A DNA stretch of 64,000 nucleotides from Bacilli bacterium (lineage in GTDB: Bacteria > Bacillota_I > Bacilli_A > RFN20 > CAG-826). Of the stretch, positions 41,695-51,815 are shown in pieces. Position 1 is the first letter of the stretch. Each line of letters starts with the position of its first letter. Position numbers and translations under genes: made by a program. The notes under the pieces were generated by a model. The model was given only the letters and a program-made list of their open reading frames with translations. It searched no databases and had not been told where the DNA came from. The stretch is from NCBI GenBank assembly GCA_024408235.1, contig JAKSVF010000001.1:29417-93416 (forward strand), in the 5' to 3' direction.

Positions 41695-44100
41695 ATGGCT
41701 TACGATCATCAGAAAATCGAGGCTAAGTGGAGAAAGTATTGGGAAGAAAACAATACCTTCTTCTGCGATACCCACGATTTTAGCAAACCAAAATATTATT
41801 CACTCGACATGTTCCCTTATCCATCAGGACAGGGATTGCATGTCGGACACCCTGAAGGCTATACCGCAAGCGATATTGTTTGCCGTATGAAGAGAATGCA
41901 GGGCTTCAACGTTCTTCACCCAATGGGATGGGACGCTTTCGGCTTACCTGCTGAACAGTTCGCTGTTGCAAACAACGAGCACCCAGAAGGGTTCACAAGA
42001 AAAAACATCGCACACTTCAAGGATCAGATTCAGTCACTCGGTATGTCAATCGACTGGACAAAGGAATTTGCCACGATCGATCAGGATTATTACAAGTGGA
42101 CCCAGTGGATCTTCGTTAAGTTATTCGAGCACGACTTAGCCTATGTTGCTAACGTACCGGTCAACTACTGTCCAGAACTCGGCACAGTCCTTGCTAACGA
42201 AGAAGTCATCGATGGCAAGTCAGAACGTGGTGGCTATCCAGTCATCCGTATGCCAATGAGACAGTGGATTCTTAAGATTACAGCATATGCTGATAAGCTT
42301 GAGAAAGACCTTGACTTACTTAACTGGCCAAAATCCACACTCGAGATGCAGAAGAACTGGATCGGAAGATCAACCGGTGTCGAAATCAAATTCGGCGTAG
42401 CTGGAACTGATAAGAGTTTCAGAGTATTCACAACACGTGTCGACACGCTCTTTGGATGCACGTACTGCGTCCTTGCCCCAGAACACCCACTCGTTAAGGA
42501 AATAGTCTCAGATGCTCAGAAAGAAGCAGTTGAGAACTATGTTGCTGAGGCTGCAAAGAAGTCAGATCTTGCTAGAACATCATTAGAGAAAGATAAGTCT
42601 GGTGTCTATTTAGGCGCAGACGCCGTTAACCCAATCAACGGTAAACGTATCCCTATCTATATCTCTGACTATGTTCTTGGCTCATATGGTACAGGCGCAG
42701 TCATGGCTGTTCCTACCCACGATGAACGCGACTTCGCATTCGCATCAAAATATGGACTCGAACTAATCCCTGTATTAGAAGGCTATACCGGAACCGAGGC
42801 ATTCGTTGAAGACGGACCTCACATCAATTCAGCATATGCCGATGGGTTAAACATCAAGGAAGCCAAGAAGGTTATCACAGAACACCTCGAGGCAATGGGC
42901 GCTGGAAAAGAAGTTGTTAACTATAAGTTAAGAGACTGGATTTTCTCACGTCAGAGATATTGGGGCGAGCCAATTCCTGTCGTCACAATGGAAGACGGCA
43001 AGGAAGTTGCCTTAAAAGAAAATGAATTACCTCTCGTTTTACCTGAACTCGATGAGTACAAGCCATCTAGAGATGGCAAGCCACCATTAACCAACGCTTC
43101 ACCAGATTGGTTGAACGTCACAATCGATGGCAAAAAGGGTACTAGAGAGACCAATACAATGCCACAGTGGGCAGGCTCTTGCTGGTATTACATGAGACAC
43201 CTCGATCCACATAACACTGAGGCTATCGCAGATCCAGCCCTCATCAAACACTGGTTGCCAGTCGACTTATATATCGGCGGTCAGGAACATGCTGTCTTAC
43301 ACTTGCTCTATGCAAGATTCTGGCACAAGTTCTTGTATGACATCGGCGTTGTTGATTGCAAGGAACCATTCACAAGACTATATCACCAGGGCATGATTCT
43401 TGGCGCAAACCACGAGAAGATGTCCAAGTCACGTGGAAATGTTGTTAACCCAGACGACATCGTTAGAGAGGTTGGCGCAGACTCATTGCGTATGTTCGAA
43501 ATGTTTGCCGGCCCATTATGTGATGCAAAACCATGGAACACCGATTCATTACAGGGTTCTAGACGTTTCATCGAAAGATGCTTCCGTTTGGTTAGCGAAG
43601 ATGAATTCAAGGCTAGAATCGTTGATACAAATTCAGGCGAACTCGACTACTCATATAACTTCTTGGTTAAGAAAGTTACAGGAGACTTTGAAGATTTATC
43701 GTTCAACACCGCAATCTCTCAGATGATGGTGTTCATCAACGATTGCTATAAGGCAAAAACACTCTATCGCCCTTACATTGAAGGCTTCGTCAAGATGTTC
43801 TCTTGCGTTGCCCCATTCGCAGGTGAGGAGATGTGGGAGAACTTAGGACACGAAAAGACCCTCGCTTATGAGCCATGGCCAACATTCGATGAATCTAAGC
43901 TCACACTCAACACGGTTAATGTTGCAGTATCCGTCAACGGAAAGGTCAGAGATGTCTTGTCCCTCTCTCCAGATGCAACTCAGGAAGAAGCAGAGAAAGC
44001 TGCATTCGCTTCAGAGAAACTAAAAGTCTGGTTAGATGGCAAAACAATCAAGAAAGTCATCTACGTTAAAGGAAGAATATTCAACATTGTCGTTGCTTAA
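41695..44100 (+). CDS. leuS: Leucyl-tRNA synthetase
   Basis: HVGHPEGY (HIGH) and KMSKS motifs, and an editing-domain insertion. AAAGGAG RBS before the ATG at 41695. Confidence 0.95.
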   Translation: MAYDHQKIEAKWRKYWEENNTFFCDTHDFSKPKYYSLDMFPYPSGQGLHVGHPEGYTASDIVCRMKRMQGFNVLHPMGWDAFGLPAEQFAVANNEHPEGFTRKNIAHFKDQIQSLGMSIDWTKEFATIDQDYYKWTQWIFVKLFEHDLAYVANVPVNYCPELGTVLANEEVIDGKSERGGYPVIRMPMRQWILKITAYADKLEKDLDLLNWPKSTLEMQKNWIGRSTGVEIKFGVAGTDKSFRVFTTRVDTLFGCTYCVLAPEHPLVKEIVSDAQKEAVENYVAEAAKKSDLARTSLEKDKSGVYLGADAVNPINGKRIPIYISDYVLGSYGTGAVMAVPTHDERDFAFASKYGLELIPVLEGYTGTEAFVEDGPHINSAYADGLNIKEAKKVITEHLEAMGAGKEVVNYKLRDWIFSRQRYWGEPIPVVTMEDGKEVALKENELPLVLPELDEYKPSRDGKPPLTNASPDWLNVTIDGKKGTRETNTMPQWAGSCWYYMRHLDPHNTEAIADPALIKHWLPVDLYIGGQEHAVLHLLYARFWHKFLYDIGVVDCKEPFTRLYHQGMILGANHEKMSKSRGNVVNPDDIVREVGADSLRMFEMFAGPLCDAKPWNTDSLQGSRRFIERCFRLVSEDEFKARIVDTNSGELDYSYNFLVKKVTGDFEDLSFNTAISQMMVFINDCYKAKTLYRPYIEGFVKMFSCVAPFAGEEMWENLGHEKTLAYEPWPTFDESKLTLNTVNVAVSVNGKVRDVLSLSPDATQEEAEKAAFASEKLKVWLDGKTIKKVIYVKGRIFNIVVA

Positions 44101-44108
44101 AAAACATG

Positions 44109-44134
44109 AAGGCGCTTACATGAGCGCCTTTTTC
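44109..44134 (+). terminator. Rho-independent terminator after leuS
   Basis: AAGGCGCT-TACATG-AGCGCCTT perfect 8-bp stem followed by TTTTCTTTC. Confidence 0.7.
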
Positions 44135-44173
44135 TTTCATTCAAAAAAAAGAAGTAAATTTTGCTAAAAAATA

Positions 44174-44202
44174 GTGTCATTTAAAATCCTTATATATATA
44201 AT
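44174..44202 (+). promoter_or_regulatory. Candidate gdhA promoter (GTGTCA-17-TATAAT inside a (TA)n run)
   Basis: Hexamers at 44174-44179 and 44197-44202. AAGGAG RBS follows. Confidence 0.35.
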
Positions 44203-44231
44203 GCGACGTGTTAAAAAAGGAGAAATTTTCT

Positions 44232-45587
44232 ATGAACAATGCTTACGTCAACAAAGTGTTTGAAGAATTCAAATCCAAGAACCCTGGAGAAAAGGAATAC
44301 ACACAGGCCTGCCAGGAAATTCTTGAGTCTCTCGAACTTATGGTCGAGAAGAATCCTGCCATTGAGAAAAACCAGTTATTAGAAAGATTCCTTGAACCTG
44401 AACGCTTAGTTCAGTTCAGAGTTGCTTGGCTCGATGACAACAATGTGGTCCGTGTTAACAGAGGTTGGAGAATCCAGTATAACTCCGCTCTCGGCCCTTA
44501 TAAAGGCGGCATCAGACTTCACCCATCAGTCAACGTTTCAATCCTTAAATTCTTAGCTCTTGAACAGTGCTTGAAGAACTCGCTCACCACACTCCCAATG
44601 GGCGGTGCTAAAGGTGGCTCTGACTTCGATCCAAAAGGCAAGTCAGATATGGAAATCATGAGATTCTGCCAGGCATTCATGACAGAGCTTTATAGACACA
44701 TCGGACCAGACACCGACGTCCCAGCGGGCGATATCGGAACAGGTGGTAGAGAAATCGGCTACATGTTTGGCCAGTACAAGAGACTTCAGAACGAATTCAC
44801 AGGCGTATTAACAGGTAAGGGCCTCACATTCGGTGGATCTCTTGCAAGAACTGAAGCTACAGGTTACGGCTTATGCTATTTCACAGCTAAGGCTATGGAA
44901 ACAGTCTTCGGTGACTCTTTCAAGGGAAAGACAGTTGCAGTTTCAGGCTCAGGTAACGTTGCAATCTATGCTACAGAGAAGGCTCAGGCACTCGGTGCTA
45001 AAGTCGTCACATTATCAGACTCAAACGGCTGGATCTATGCACCAGACGGAATTGATGTCGCTGTCCTCAAGCAGATTAAGGAAGTCGAAAGAGGAAGAAT
45101 CAAGGATTACGCTGCACGCGTTCCAGGCGTCACATATGTCGAGAAGGTCGCAGGCGCTCCAACTCTTTGGACAACAAAGGTTGACATCGCTCTTCCATGC
45201 GCAACTCAGAATGAACTTAACATCGATGATGCTAAGGCATTAGTCGCAAACGGCTGTAAGGTTGTCTGCGAAGGCGCTAACATGCCATGTACATTAGAGG
45301 CTGCTCACTTCTTAATCGATAATGGCGTTCTCTATGGACCAGGCAAGGCTGCAAATGCAGGCGGTGTCGCTACCTCAGGCTTAGAGATGTCACAGAACTC
45401 AATGAGACTCAGCTGGACATTCGAAGAAGTCGATGCAAGACTCAAAGGCATCATGGAAGCTATCTACGAAAACATCAATGCCACACAGAAGAAATATGGC
45501 ATTGCTGCTAACGACTGCTTAACAGGTGCAAACATCGCTGGATTCGATAAGATTGCAACAGCAATGATCGCTCAGGGTGTCTTATAA
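44232..45587 (+). CDS. gdhA: Glutamate dehydrogenase (NADP-type hexameric GDH)
   Basis: Catalytic-Lys region GPYKGGIRLHPSVN...PMGGAKGGSDFDP and a Rossmann GSGNVA. Confidence 0.93.
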   Translation: MNNAYVNKVFEEFKSKNPGEKEYTQACQEILESLELMVEKNPAIEKNQLLERFLEPERLVQFRVAWLDDNNVVRVNRGWRIQYNSALGPYKGGIRLHPSVNVSILKFLALEQCLKNSLTTLPMGGAKGGSDFDPKGKSDMEIMRFCQAFMTELYRHIGPDTDVPAGDIGTGGREIGYMFGQYKRLQNEFTGVLTGKGLTFGGSLARTEATGYGLCYFTAKAMETVFGDSFKGKTVAVSGSGNVAIYATEKAQALGAKVVTLSDSNGWIYAPDGIDVAVLKQIKEVERGRIKDYAARVPGVTYVEKVAGAPTLWTTKVDIALPCATQNELNIDDAKALVANGCKVVCEGANMPCTLEAAHFLIDNGVLYGPGKAANAGGVATSGLEMSQNSMRLSWTFEEVDARLKGIMEAIYENINATQKKYGIAANDCLTGANIAGFDKIATAMIAQGVL

Positions 45588-45605
45588 TCCTCAATTTAAG
45601 ATTTA

Positions 45606-45630
45606 AAGGTGTCGAAAGACGCCTTTTTCT
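45606..45630 (+). terminator. Rho-independent terminator after gdhA
   Basis: AAGGTGTC-GAAA-GACGCCTT stem (one G.U pair) followed by TTTTCTTTT. Confidence 0.65.
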
Positions 45631-45631
45631 T

Positions 45632-45659
45632 TTGTCATCATAATCAAAATGATTATACT
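45632..45659 (+). promoter_or_regulatory. Candidate coaX promoter (TTGTCA-16-TATACT)
   Basis: Hexamers at 45632-45637 and 45654-45659. GGAGG RBS and the ATG at 45711 lie downstream. Confidence 0.4.
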
Positions 45660-45710
45660 TTACTTGCCCGATACTCAACAAAGGTTGAGATTGGAGCGGA
45701 GGTAGACCAT

Positions 45711-46472
45711 ATGCTATTAGCCATTGATATTGGCAACACCATGACAAATTTTGGTGTGTTTGAGGGCGAAACGTTGATCGCTACTCATAAGTTTGAGACA
45801 TCATCTGTAACCTCTGCAGACGATGCTTCAGTAAAAGGAGCGGGCTTCAAGCTTCTCCATAAAGAGGTAGGGAACATTGATGGAGTCATAATCTCCTCGG
45901 TCGTTCCAAGCAAGACTGCATTTTATATGCAGATGAGCAAAGACCTATGGGGTGTTAGGGCACTAACCGTCGGACCTGGCCTTAAAACCGGGCTAAAACT
46001 CAAGTGTGATTACCCAAACGAAGTCGGTGCTGATTTGATTGCCGACTGTGTAGGTGCATCTTCGAAATATGGGAACTCATGTCTCATCGTAGATTTGGGA
46101 ACCGCTAATAAATATATCTTCCTTGATAAAGACGGATCCTTTGCCGGTGTTTCAATCGCGCCTGGTGTCCGTATCTCGATTAATGCTCTGGTGAGTGGGG
46201 CAGCTGCTCTTCCTGAGATCAATCTCAAAGCTCCAAAGCGTGTCATAGGAACTAATACATTAGATTCAATGAATTCAGGCATTATCTATGGTACATGCTA
46301 TGAGATTGAGGGTTTTGCCAAGGCTTTTGAAAAAGAGGCTGGCTACCCGTTAAAGAGAATAATCACAGGTGGAAATTCAAGATACTTAACAGGATTGCTT
46401 GAAGGCTTCATTTTCGATGAAAATCTCACTCTCGAGGGTCTTGCTTCAATGTATTACAGAAGAGGCAAATAA
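45711..46472 (+). CDS. coaX: Type III pantothenate kinase
   Basis: MLLAIDIGNT N-terminus (Bvg accessory factor / CoaX family) and an ASKHA fold. The longer ORF from 45609 was rejected. Confidence 0.85.
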   Translation: MLLAIDIGNTMTNFGVFEGETLIATHKFETSSVTSADDASVKGAGFKLLHKEVGNIDGVIISSVVPSKTAFYMQMSKDLWGVRALTVGPGLKTGLKLKCDYPNEVGADLIADCVGASSKYGNSCLIVDLGTANKYIFLDKDGSFAGVSIAPGVRISINALVSGAAALPEINLKAPKRVIGTNTLDSMNSGIIYGTCYEIEGFAKAFEKEAGYPLKRIITGGNSRYLTGLLEGFIFDENLTLEGLASMYYRRGK

Positions 46473-46555
46473 AAGAACAACACATCATTTAGAAAAGCAT
46501 ATCAACGTACTACTTCATTTTTTAAACATTGAGCATTAGCTCATTTGGAGAAAAC

Positions 46556-47131
46556 ATGAAAACTAAAATAACTACAAGACAGATTGCTGGAGTCGCTATC
46601 ATGACCGCTCTAGTAGCTGCATTATGGGCAATAAGCACATTCGTGCCTTTAAAGCCTTTCTCAATTAACCTCGCATTGCTTCCTATCGTAATTGGAGCGT
46701 GCTTATACGGACCTTGGTGGGGTTTATTCCTCGGCGCAGTTGATGGATTCCTAATCATTCTAGATCCAGCAACAGGCGGATTCTTAGGCGCAAATGCGGT
46801 TGCAACTGTGTTCCTTTGCTTATTAAAGACCGGATTAGGCGGACTCGCATCAGGATTCTTATTCCAACTCATCCACAAGAAGAATGACCTCGTTGCCGCA
46901 ATCGTTGCTTCTTTAATTCTTCCAATTGTTAACACAGGATTGTTCATGCTTGGCTCATTCATTTTCTTCCAGGATTTCCTTACTAGCCTTGGATTAACTG
47001 TTGTTGGAATCTCATTAACAGTCAACTTTGCAGTTGAATTCGCTGTCGCCGCCGTTATGTCACCGGTTGTTTATAAGCTAATTAAATTTGCAGTTAAAAA
47101 CCGTGATATAGGCTCTGTGTACCACGAATAA
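46556..47131 (+). CDS. ECF transporter substrate-specific (S) component, possibly pantothenate-specific
   Basis: About 190 aa with 5-6 TM segments, Gly-rich and otherwise nondescript, consistent with an ECF S-component. Immediately downstream of coaX. Confidence 0.5.
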   Translation: MKTKITTRQIAGVAIMTALVAALWAISTFVPLKPFSINLALLPIVIGACLYGPWWGLFLGAVDGFLIILDPATGGFLGANAVATVFLCLLKTGLGGLASGFLFQLIHKKNDLVAAIVASLILPIVNTGLFMLGSFIFFQDFLTSLGLTVVGISLTVNFAVEFAVAAVMSPVVYKLIKFAVKNRDIGSVYHE

Positions 47132-47139
47132 TGATTCAA

Positions 47140-47170
47140 AACCGGCATATTGAGTTATGCTGGTTTTTTC
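47140..47170 (+). terminator. Rho-independent terminator after the ECF S-component gene
   Basis: AACCGGCATA-TTGAGT-TATGCTGGTT 10-bp stem (one G.U pair) followed by TTTTTCTTT. Confidence 0.65.
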
Positions 47171-47225
47171 TTTGTACTTTAATCTTCTTAAAGAGAATAT
47201 TAAACTATCACTTAGTGTCGTGACT

Positions 47226-47243
47226 TTATGTCAATTGACATAA
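47226..47243. promoter_or_regulatory. Perfect 18-bp palindrome TTATGTCAATTGACATAA (candidate operator) about 105 bp upstream of pepV
   Basis: Exact reverse-complement symmetry. It contains TTGACA. Confidence 0.35.
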
Positions 47244-47347
47244 CCGATAATCATCTTCAAAAGCGGTATTAATAAACGGTTATGGAAGACACTAAAGCTT
47301 CATCGGTAGGTGTTATTTGGAAGATGAAATGAAGCGTAGGAGACTAT

Positions 47348-48721
47348 ATGGCAAATTTTAAGAAACTCGCGAAAGGCTATGAGAATAAAGCCGTCGCAAC
47401 ACTCAAACAGTTCATCAAAATCAATTCAGTTTATGATGCAACAACTTCAAAAGAAGGACAGCCTTACGGATGGGGAGTCAAGAAGGCTCTTGATTTCGTT
47501 GGCAAAATCGGAAAAGACTTCGGCTGGAAAGTCAACACGGTCAATGGCTATTGCACTGAGTTAACAATCGGAGAAGAAGGACCGCTCATCGGAATCTATG
47601 GCCACTCTGATGTTGTTCCAGCAACAGGTTCATGGACAACAGGCCCATTCAACCCTGATGAAAGAGATGGCGTCATCTATGGTAGAGGCGCCGCAGATGA
47701 TAAAGGCCCACTCGTTGCCGCAATCTATGCTACAAAATTACTTCAGGATGCTGGATTACTCAAAGGCTTTAGAGTCAAAATCGTTTCAGGTGGAGATGAG
47801 GAAAGAGGATCGTCCTGCCTCGATTATTATTTCAAGAAATTCAAAGGCGAGCATGCTAAATACGCATTCACACCAGATGCAGATTACCCATTAATCTACG
47901 CTGAAAAAGGAATGAGATCATATGTACTCACAAAGACATTAGATCTCGGTCCTATCACCGCTATGGACGGCGGAGTTGTTACCAATGCAGTCTGCGACTC
48001 CCTCTTAGTCACTTTGAAGACAAACAAGAAATTCGAAGAATACTTAAAGACTAATAACGTCCCATGCGACATCTCATCCAACGAGTTTATCACAGTTGTT
48101 AGATTCAAAGGAAAGTCAGCTCACGGCTCAACTCCAGAGAAAGGCATCAACGCTGCCGGCATCGCATTTAAGGCGATCGGCGAATTCTTCAAGATCAAAG
48201 ATTTACTCGACCTCGTTCCAGTCATCAATTCCGGAGACGGATCCTACTGGGGCGGAAACGTCACGTCAAAAGAACTTGGAGCGTGCTCATATAACTACGG
48301 CATCTTCAAGTACGAGAAGAGAACAAAACTCCTATCAATGACTCTTGACTTCAGATTTGGCGAAGACGCTAAGAGAGATGACCTTGTTGCTGCGTTAGTC
48401 GCAAAGACAGGACTCAAAGCAACTCCTTTAGGAGAAGGCCACGCTCACCTCTTATTCGATAAGAAATCACCGTTGGTCTCTACGCTTATGAAGGCTTATA
48501 AGAAAGAGACATTTGACTTATTTGCTAAGCCACTCGCAATCGGCGGTGGAACATATGCTAAGGAAGCTCCAAATTGCGTTGCATTCGGCGCTGTCTTCCC
48601 AGCAAATAGAGAAGCTCAAGGCAACATGCATGGCGTTGACGAATTCATCAGCCGCAAGGATTTCATGAAGGACATCGCAATCTACGCTCGTGCTATTTAC
48701 ATGTTAGGTAATTTAAAGTAA
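47348..48721 (+). CDS. pepV: M20-family dipeptidase (PepV/Sapep-like)
   Basis: HSDVVPA, GRGAADDKG and the catalytic Glu region; length of about 457 aa. AGGAG RBS. Confidence 0.85.
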   Translation: MANFKKLAKGYENKAVATLKQFIKINSVYDATTSKEGQPYGWGVKKALDFVGKIGKDFGWKVNTVNGYCTELTIGEEGPLIGIYGHSDVVPATGSWTTGPFNPDERDGVIYGRGAADDKGPLVAAIYATKLLQDAGLLKGFRVKIVSGGDEERGSSCLDYYFKKFKGEHAKYAFTPDADYPLIYAEKGMRSYVLTKTLDLGPITAMDGGVVTNAVCDSLLVTLKTNKKFEEYLKTNNVPCDISSNEFITVVRFKGKSAHGSTPEKGINAAGIAFKAIGEFFKIKDLLDLVPVINSGDGSYWGGNVTSKELGACSYNYGIFKYEKRTKLLSMTLDFRFGEDAKRDDLVAALVAKTGLKATPLGEGHAHLLFDKKSPLVSTLMKAYKKETFDLFAKPLAIGGGTYAKEAPNCVAFGAVFPANREAQGNMHGVDEFISRKDFMKDIAIYARAIYMLGNLK

Positions 48722-49338
48722 TGAGAGGCCGCTTCAAGAAATGGGCGGCTCCATACTTAGATGAGCATGATGGAGTCGTTCTTAAAGAAATAAAAACCGA
48801 AGATCCATATTTCCAGGCTGAAAAGATCTATTTAGAGGTCGGATCAGGCAAAGGCGATTTCGTATTGGGGCTTTCGACTAAAAGAGAAGGGAACTTTCTC
48901 GCTTTAGAAAGAGATGTCTCAATCTCTGGAATACTCGCTAAGAAGGTAGTGGAATCCGAAATCAAGAACATCAGAGTCATGAACGAAGACTTTGACAATG
49001 TCTACGAGGCGATTAATGGAAAACTCAAGTTTGACATCATCTTCTTAAACTTTTCTGACCCATGGCCAAAGAAGAAACACTGGAAGAGAAGATTAACAAC
49101 TAGAGTTCGCCTCCAGAATATGATGAATATCCTCAAAGACGGCGGAGAGATAAGAATCAAAACCGACAATGACGATTTATACGCTTTCACTAAAGAAGAG
49201 GCTGAGACCCTTCCTTTGGTAAAAATATTCGATACCGATAATTACGAATTCGATGACAGTGATGATGCGATGAGCGAATACGAGAGAAACTTCCGTTCAA
49301 TCGGCAAAAACATCAATCGCCTCATCTATAGAAAGTAG
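48721..49338 (+). CDS. trmB: tRNA (guanine46-N7)-methyltransferase
   Basis: LEVGSGKGDF SAM-binding motif, about 205 aa. ATGA overlap with pepV. Confidence 0.88.
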   Translation: MRGRFKKWAAPYLDEHDGVVLKEIKTEDPYFQAEKIYLEVGSGKGDFVLGLSTKREGNFLALERDVSISGILAKKVVESEIKNIRVMNEDFDNVYEAINGKLKFDIIFLNFSDPWPKKKHWKRRLTTRVRLQNMMNILKDGGEIRIKTDNDDLYAFTKEEAETLPLVKIFDTDNYEFDDSDDAMSEYERNFRSIGKNINRLIYRK

Positions 49339-49346
49339 GACTAGTT

Positions 49347-49925
49347 ATGTACCGCATGTTCTACAATCATGAAGTAACAGGGGATACCTTGTTCATCATA
49401 ATGAATTCATCCAAAATCTTTGACCATGGAGTAACAATCGATGACGTCTATGCGATGTATAGCGGCGATGAGCTCATCGGGGTCAACATCAACAATCTTT
49501 CTAGAATCTTGAAGATCAAGGCTCACGGAATGATCGTTACACCTGGAGAAGAATTGGTAAACGTCGTTAACTCAATCCTCAAAAGAGCAAAGATTGCTCC
49601 GCTTCCATATTGCACATATTCCGGTTATAGAGTAGGGCAGATCGAAGCGATTGAAGGAAACAAAATAGCAGTAGAGATGGCAGGTGAACACCTAAAAGCA
49701 ATCTCTAATTACTCAAACCTTAAAATTGGAGACTATGTCGTCTTGGCATTAGATGGCACAATCCAATATAACGGTGCCACATTCAGAAACTACATTGAAG
49801 ATGGCACAACAATCAATTGCCTTATCTGCAACGCAAAAGAACTCCGTCTAAATATTGAAGGCGAAGGGGCGTTCGTTGTTGAAGGATATAAAACAGGAGA
49901 AGACTTCTATTTGGCAGGAGAGTAA
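49347..49925 (+). CDS. YtpR-like putative tRNA-binding protein (DUF4479 plus Myf/EMAP-type tRNA-binding domain)
   Basis: Sits next to trmB as ytpR does in Bacillus. The central segment RVGQIEAIE...IGDYVVLALDG resembles an OB-fold tRNA-binding domain. Confidence 0.45.
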   Translation: MYRMFYNHEVTGDTLFIIMNSSKIFDHGVTIDDVYAMYSGDELIGVNINNLSRILKIKAHGMIVTPGEELVNVVNSILKRAKIAPLPYCTYSGYRVGQIEAIEGNKIAVEMAGEHLKAISNYSNLKIGDYVVLALDGTIQYNGATFRNYIEDGTTINCLICNAKELRLNIEGEGAFVVEGYKTGEDFYLAGE

Positions 49926-49927
49926 AA

Positions 49928-51031
49928 ATGGAAGAACTAGAAATTAAACTTAAAGAACAAGGAAAGATTGCACGTCTTACAAACAAGACGTTCAAATTCG
50001 ACGAGAGAATCAAGGATGGCTATTATTCAGCAAACTATTTCTTAAAGTCTCGTAAAATCGTTTCAGAGCGTTGCCCTGGACACATCGTTGAAATGCAATT
50101 CTTCCAAAGAAGAGATAACGTGATGGTATGCGGAGTTGATGAAGCTATCGCAATCCTTCACACATTCGCAATCGAGCCTGAGACATTAGACATTCGCGCT
50201 CTTAACGACGGAGATATGGTTATGTCAGGTGAGCCAGTCCTCAAGATCACAGGTAAGTATGAGAACTTTGGTTTCCTTGAATCAATCATTGATGGAATCT
50301 TAACGAGAAGAACCGCAGTCGCCACAAACGTTAAAGAGGTGGTGGATGCATTAAAAGGTGCAGACACTTTCTCTATGGCGGATAGACAGGATGACCCATA
50401 CACTCAGACTGGCGACGGCTATGCAACTTATGTTGCTGGCATTAAGAAATTCTCAACAGACGCTCAAGGAGCGTGGGTTGGAGTAAAAGGCATGGGCACA
50501 ATGCCTCATGCGCTTATCCAGATCTGTGATGGTGATATCGTTAAAGCCTGTAACATCTATCATGAGACATTCCCAAACGAACTCGTCACCGCCTTAATCG
50601 ACTACAACAACAACGTTGTCGAGGACACAGTCAAAGTGGCTAAAGCTCTTGGCCGTTCGTTAAGAGGCGTTAGAGTTGATACGTCAAAAGCGCTCATCGA
50701 TCACTATTTCGATGATAAGGACACATCTGGATTTGATCCTCATGGCGTTTGCAAAGAGCTTATCTACGGCTTAAAAGAGAGACTCGTCAAAGAAGGACTC
50801 GAATGGGTCAAGATTACCGTCTCAAGCGGCTTTACTGCCAAGAAAATCAAAGAATGGACCGATGAAGGCGTGCCAGTTGATATGTACGGAGTTGGTACCT
50901 CCCTTATCAAAAACGACACCGTTGGTTATACCGGCGACTTAGTCATGCTTGATGGAAAACATCAGGCAAAAGAAGGTAGAGGCGACATCCCTTCAGCGAG
51001 ATTAAGCAAAGTACCATACCCAATCTATTAA
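49928..51031 (+). CDS. pncB: Nicotinate phosphoribosyltransferase (short archaeal/Firmicutes type)
   Basis: QAPRTase/NAPRTase fold cues: FFQRRDNVMVCGVDEAIAIL, GMGTMPHALIQ, VRVDTS. Complements pncA at 17078. Confidence 0.6.
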   Translation: MEELEIKLKEQGKIARLTNKTFKFDERIKDGYYSANYFLKSRKIVSERCPGHIVEMQFFQRRDNVMVCGVDEAIAILHTFAIEPETLDIRALNDGDMVMSGEPVLKITGKYENFGFLESIIDGILTRRTAVATNVKEVVDALKGADTFSMADRQDDPYTQTGDGYATYVAGIKKFSTDAQGAWVGVKGMGTMPHALIQICDGDIVKACNIYHETFPNELVTALIDYNNNVVEDTVKVAKALGRSLRGVRVDTSKALIDHYFDDKDTSGFDPHGVCKELIYGLKERLVKEGLEWVKITVSSGFTAKKIKEWTDEGVPVDMYGVGTSLIKNDTVGYTGDLVMLDGKHQAKEGRGDIPSARLSKVPYPIY

Positions 51032-51032
51032 T

Positions 51033-51764
51033 ATGTTGAATTTTGCTTCCCCAATTGACGCTATTATTTTTGCAGTCGAGGTCTTCGGATGTGTTTCTTT
51101 CGCAGTATCTGGAGCAATCACTGCTCTTAGAAAGAAGGCCGATTTACTCGGTGTTTGGGTTTTAACATTCATAGCAGTCTTCGGAGGAGGACTTCTTAGA
51201 GACTTAATCCTCCAACATGGCGCTCCTCATATTTTCTGGGACCCAGAATATCTTTGGTTAGCTGCCATCTCGTTAGCAATCTCTACCGTTTGTTTCGTTC
51301 TTGCGTGCATTCCTAAAACGGCAAAGACGCTTGAACTTCATAGACATGACTTCTGGCTTTACCTTTTTGATGCAATCGGCATTGCCGTCTTCTGCATCGG
51401 TGGAGTTAGAGTGTCTTACAATGCACTTCCTGACAGCATTGGCCCTGTAGCTACTTACATATTCTGCATAATCTTAGGAGTTGTCAGCGGTGTCGGCGGC
51501 GGTATGTTCCGCGATGTGTTCGTCGGGGAAATTCCGATGATGTTCAGAAAGAAGTTCTATACGATGCCATGTATCATTGGCACAACCGTATACACAATCT
51601 TCCACATCAATAGCATCGGCGACCCGTATGGCATCCTTGCTATTGTCCTATCGGTTTCTGTTATTGTTGGTCTTAGAATTCTAGCCACCATATTCAAATG
51701 GAATATGCCTACCGCGAAGGCCTTCAGTGCAGTGCTTGATGAAGAAACGAAAAACAAAAATTGA
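51033..51764 (+). CDS. UPF0126 / TRIC-like trimeric intracellular cation channel family membrane protein
   Basis: Two internal repeats each ending in a Gly-rich motif: FGGGLLRDLIL and VGGGMFRDVFVGEIP. Confidence 0.65.
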   Translation: MLNFASPIDAIIFAVEVFGCVSFAVSGAITALRKKADLLGVWVLTFIAVFGGGLLRDLILQHGAPHIFWDPEYLWLAAISLAISTVCFVLACIPKTAKTLELHRHDFWLYLFDAIGIAVFCIGGVRVSYNALPDSIGPVATYIFCIILGVVSGVGGGMFRDVFVGEIPMMFRKKFYTMPCIIGTTVYTIFHINSIGDPYGILAIVLSVSVIVGLRILATIFKWNMPTAKAFSAVLDEETKNKN

Positions 51765-51815
51765 GAGATTTGATTAATTGATTTATCTTATTAAATAAGG
51801 AAAAGAGGAAACGGC

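Noticed and set aside
46522-47025. 167-aa minus-strand ORF
   Set aside because: It is fully antisense to the well-supported ECF S-component gene. The same judgement applies to other embedded or antisense ORFs in the track (for example 3524..3925 -, 23128..23520 -, 22417..22788 +, 33186..33461 +, 44833..45243 +, 18830..19051 -).
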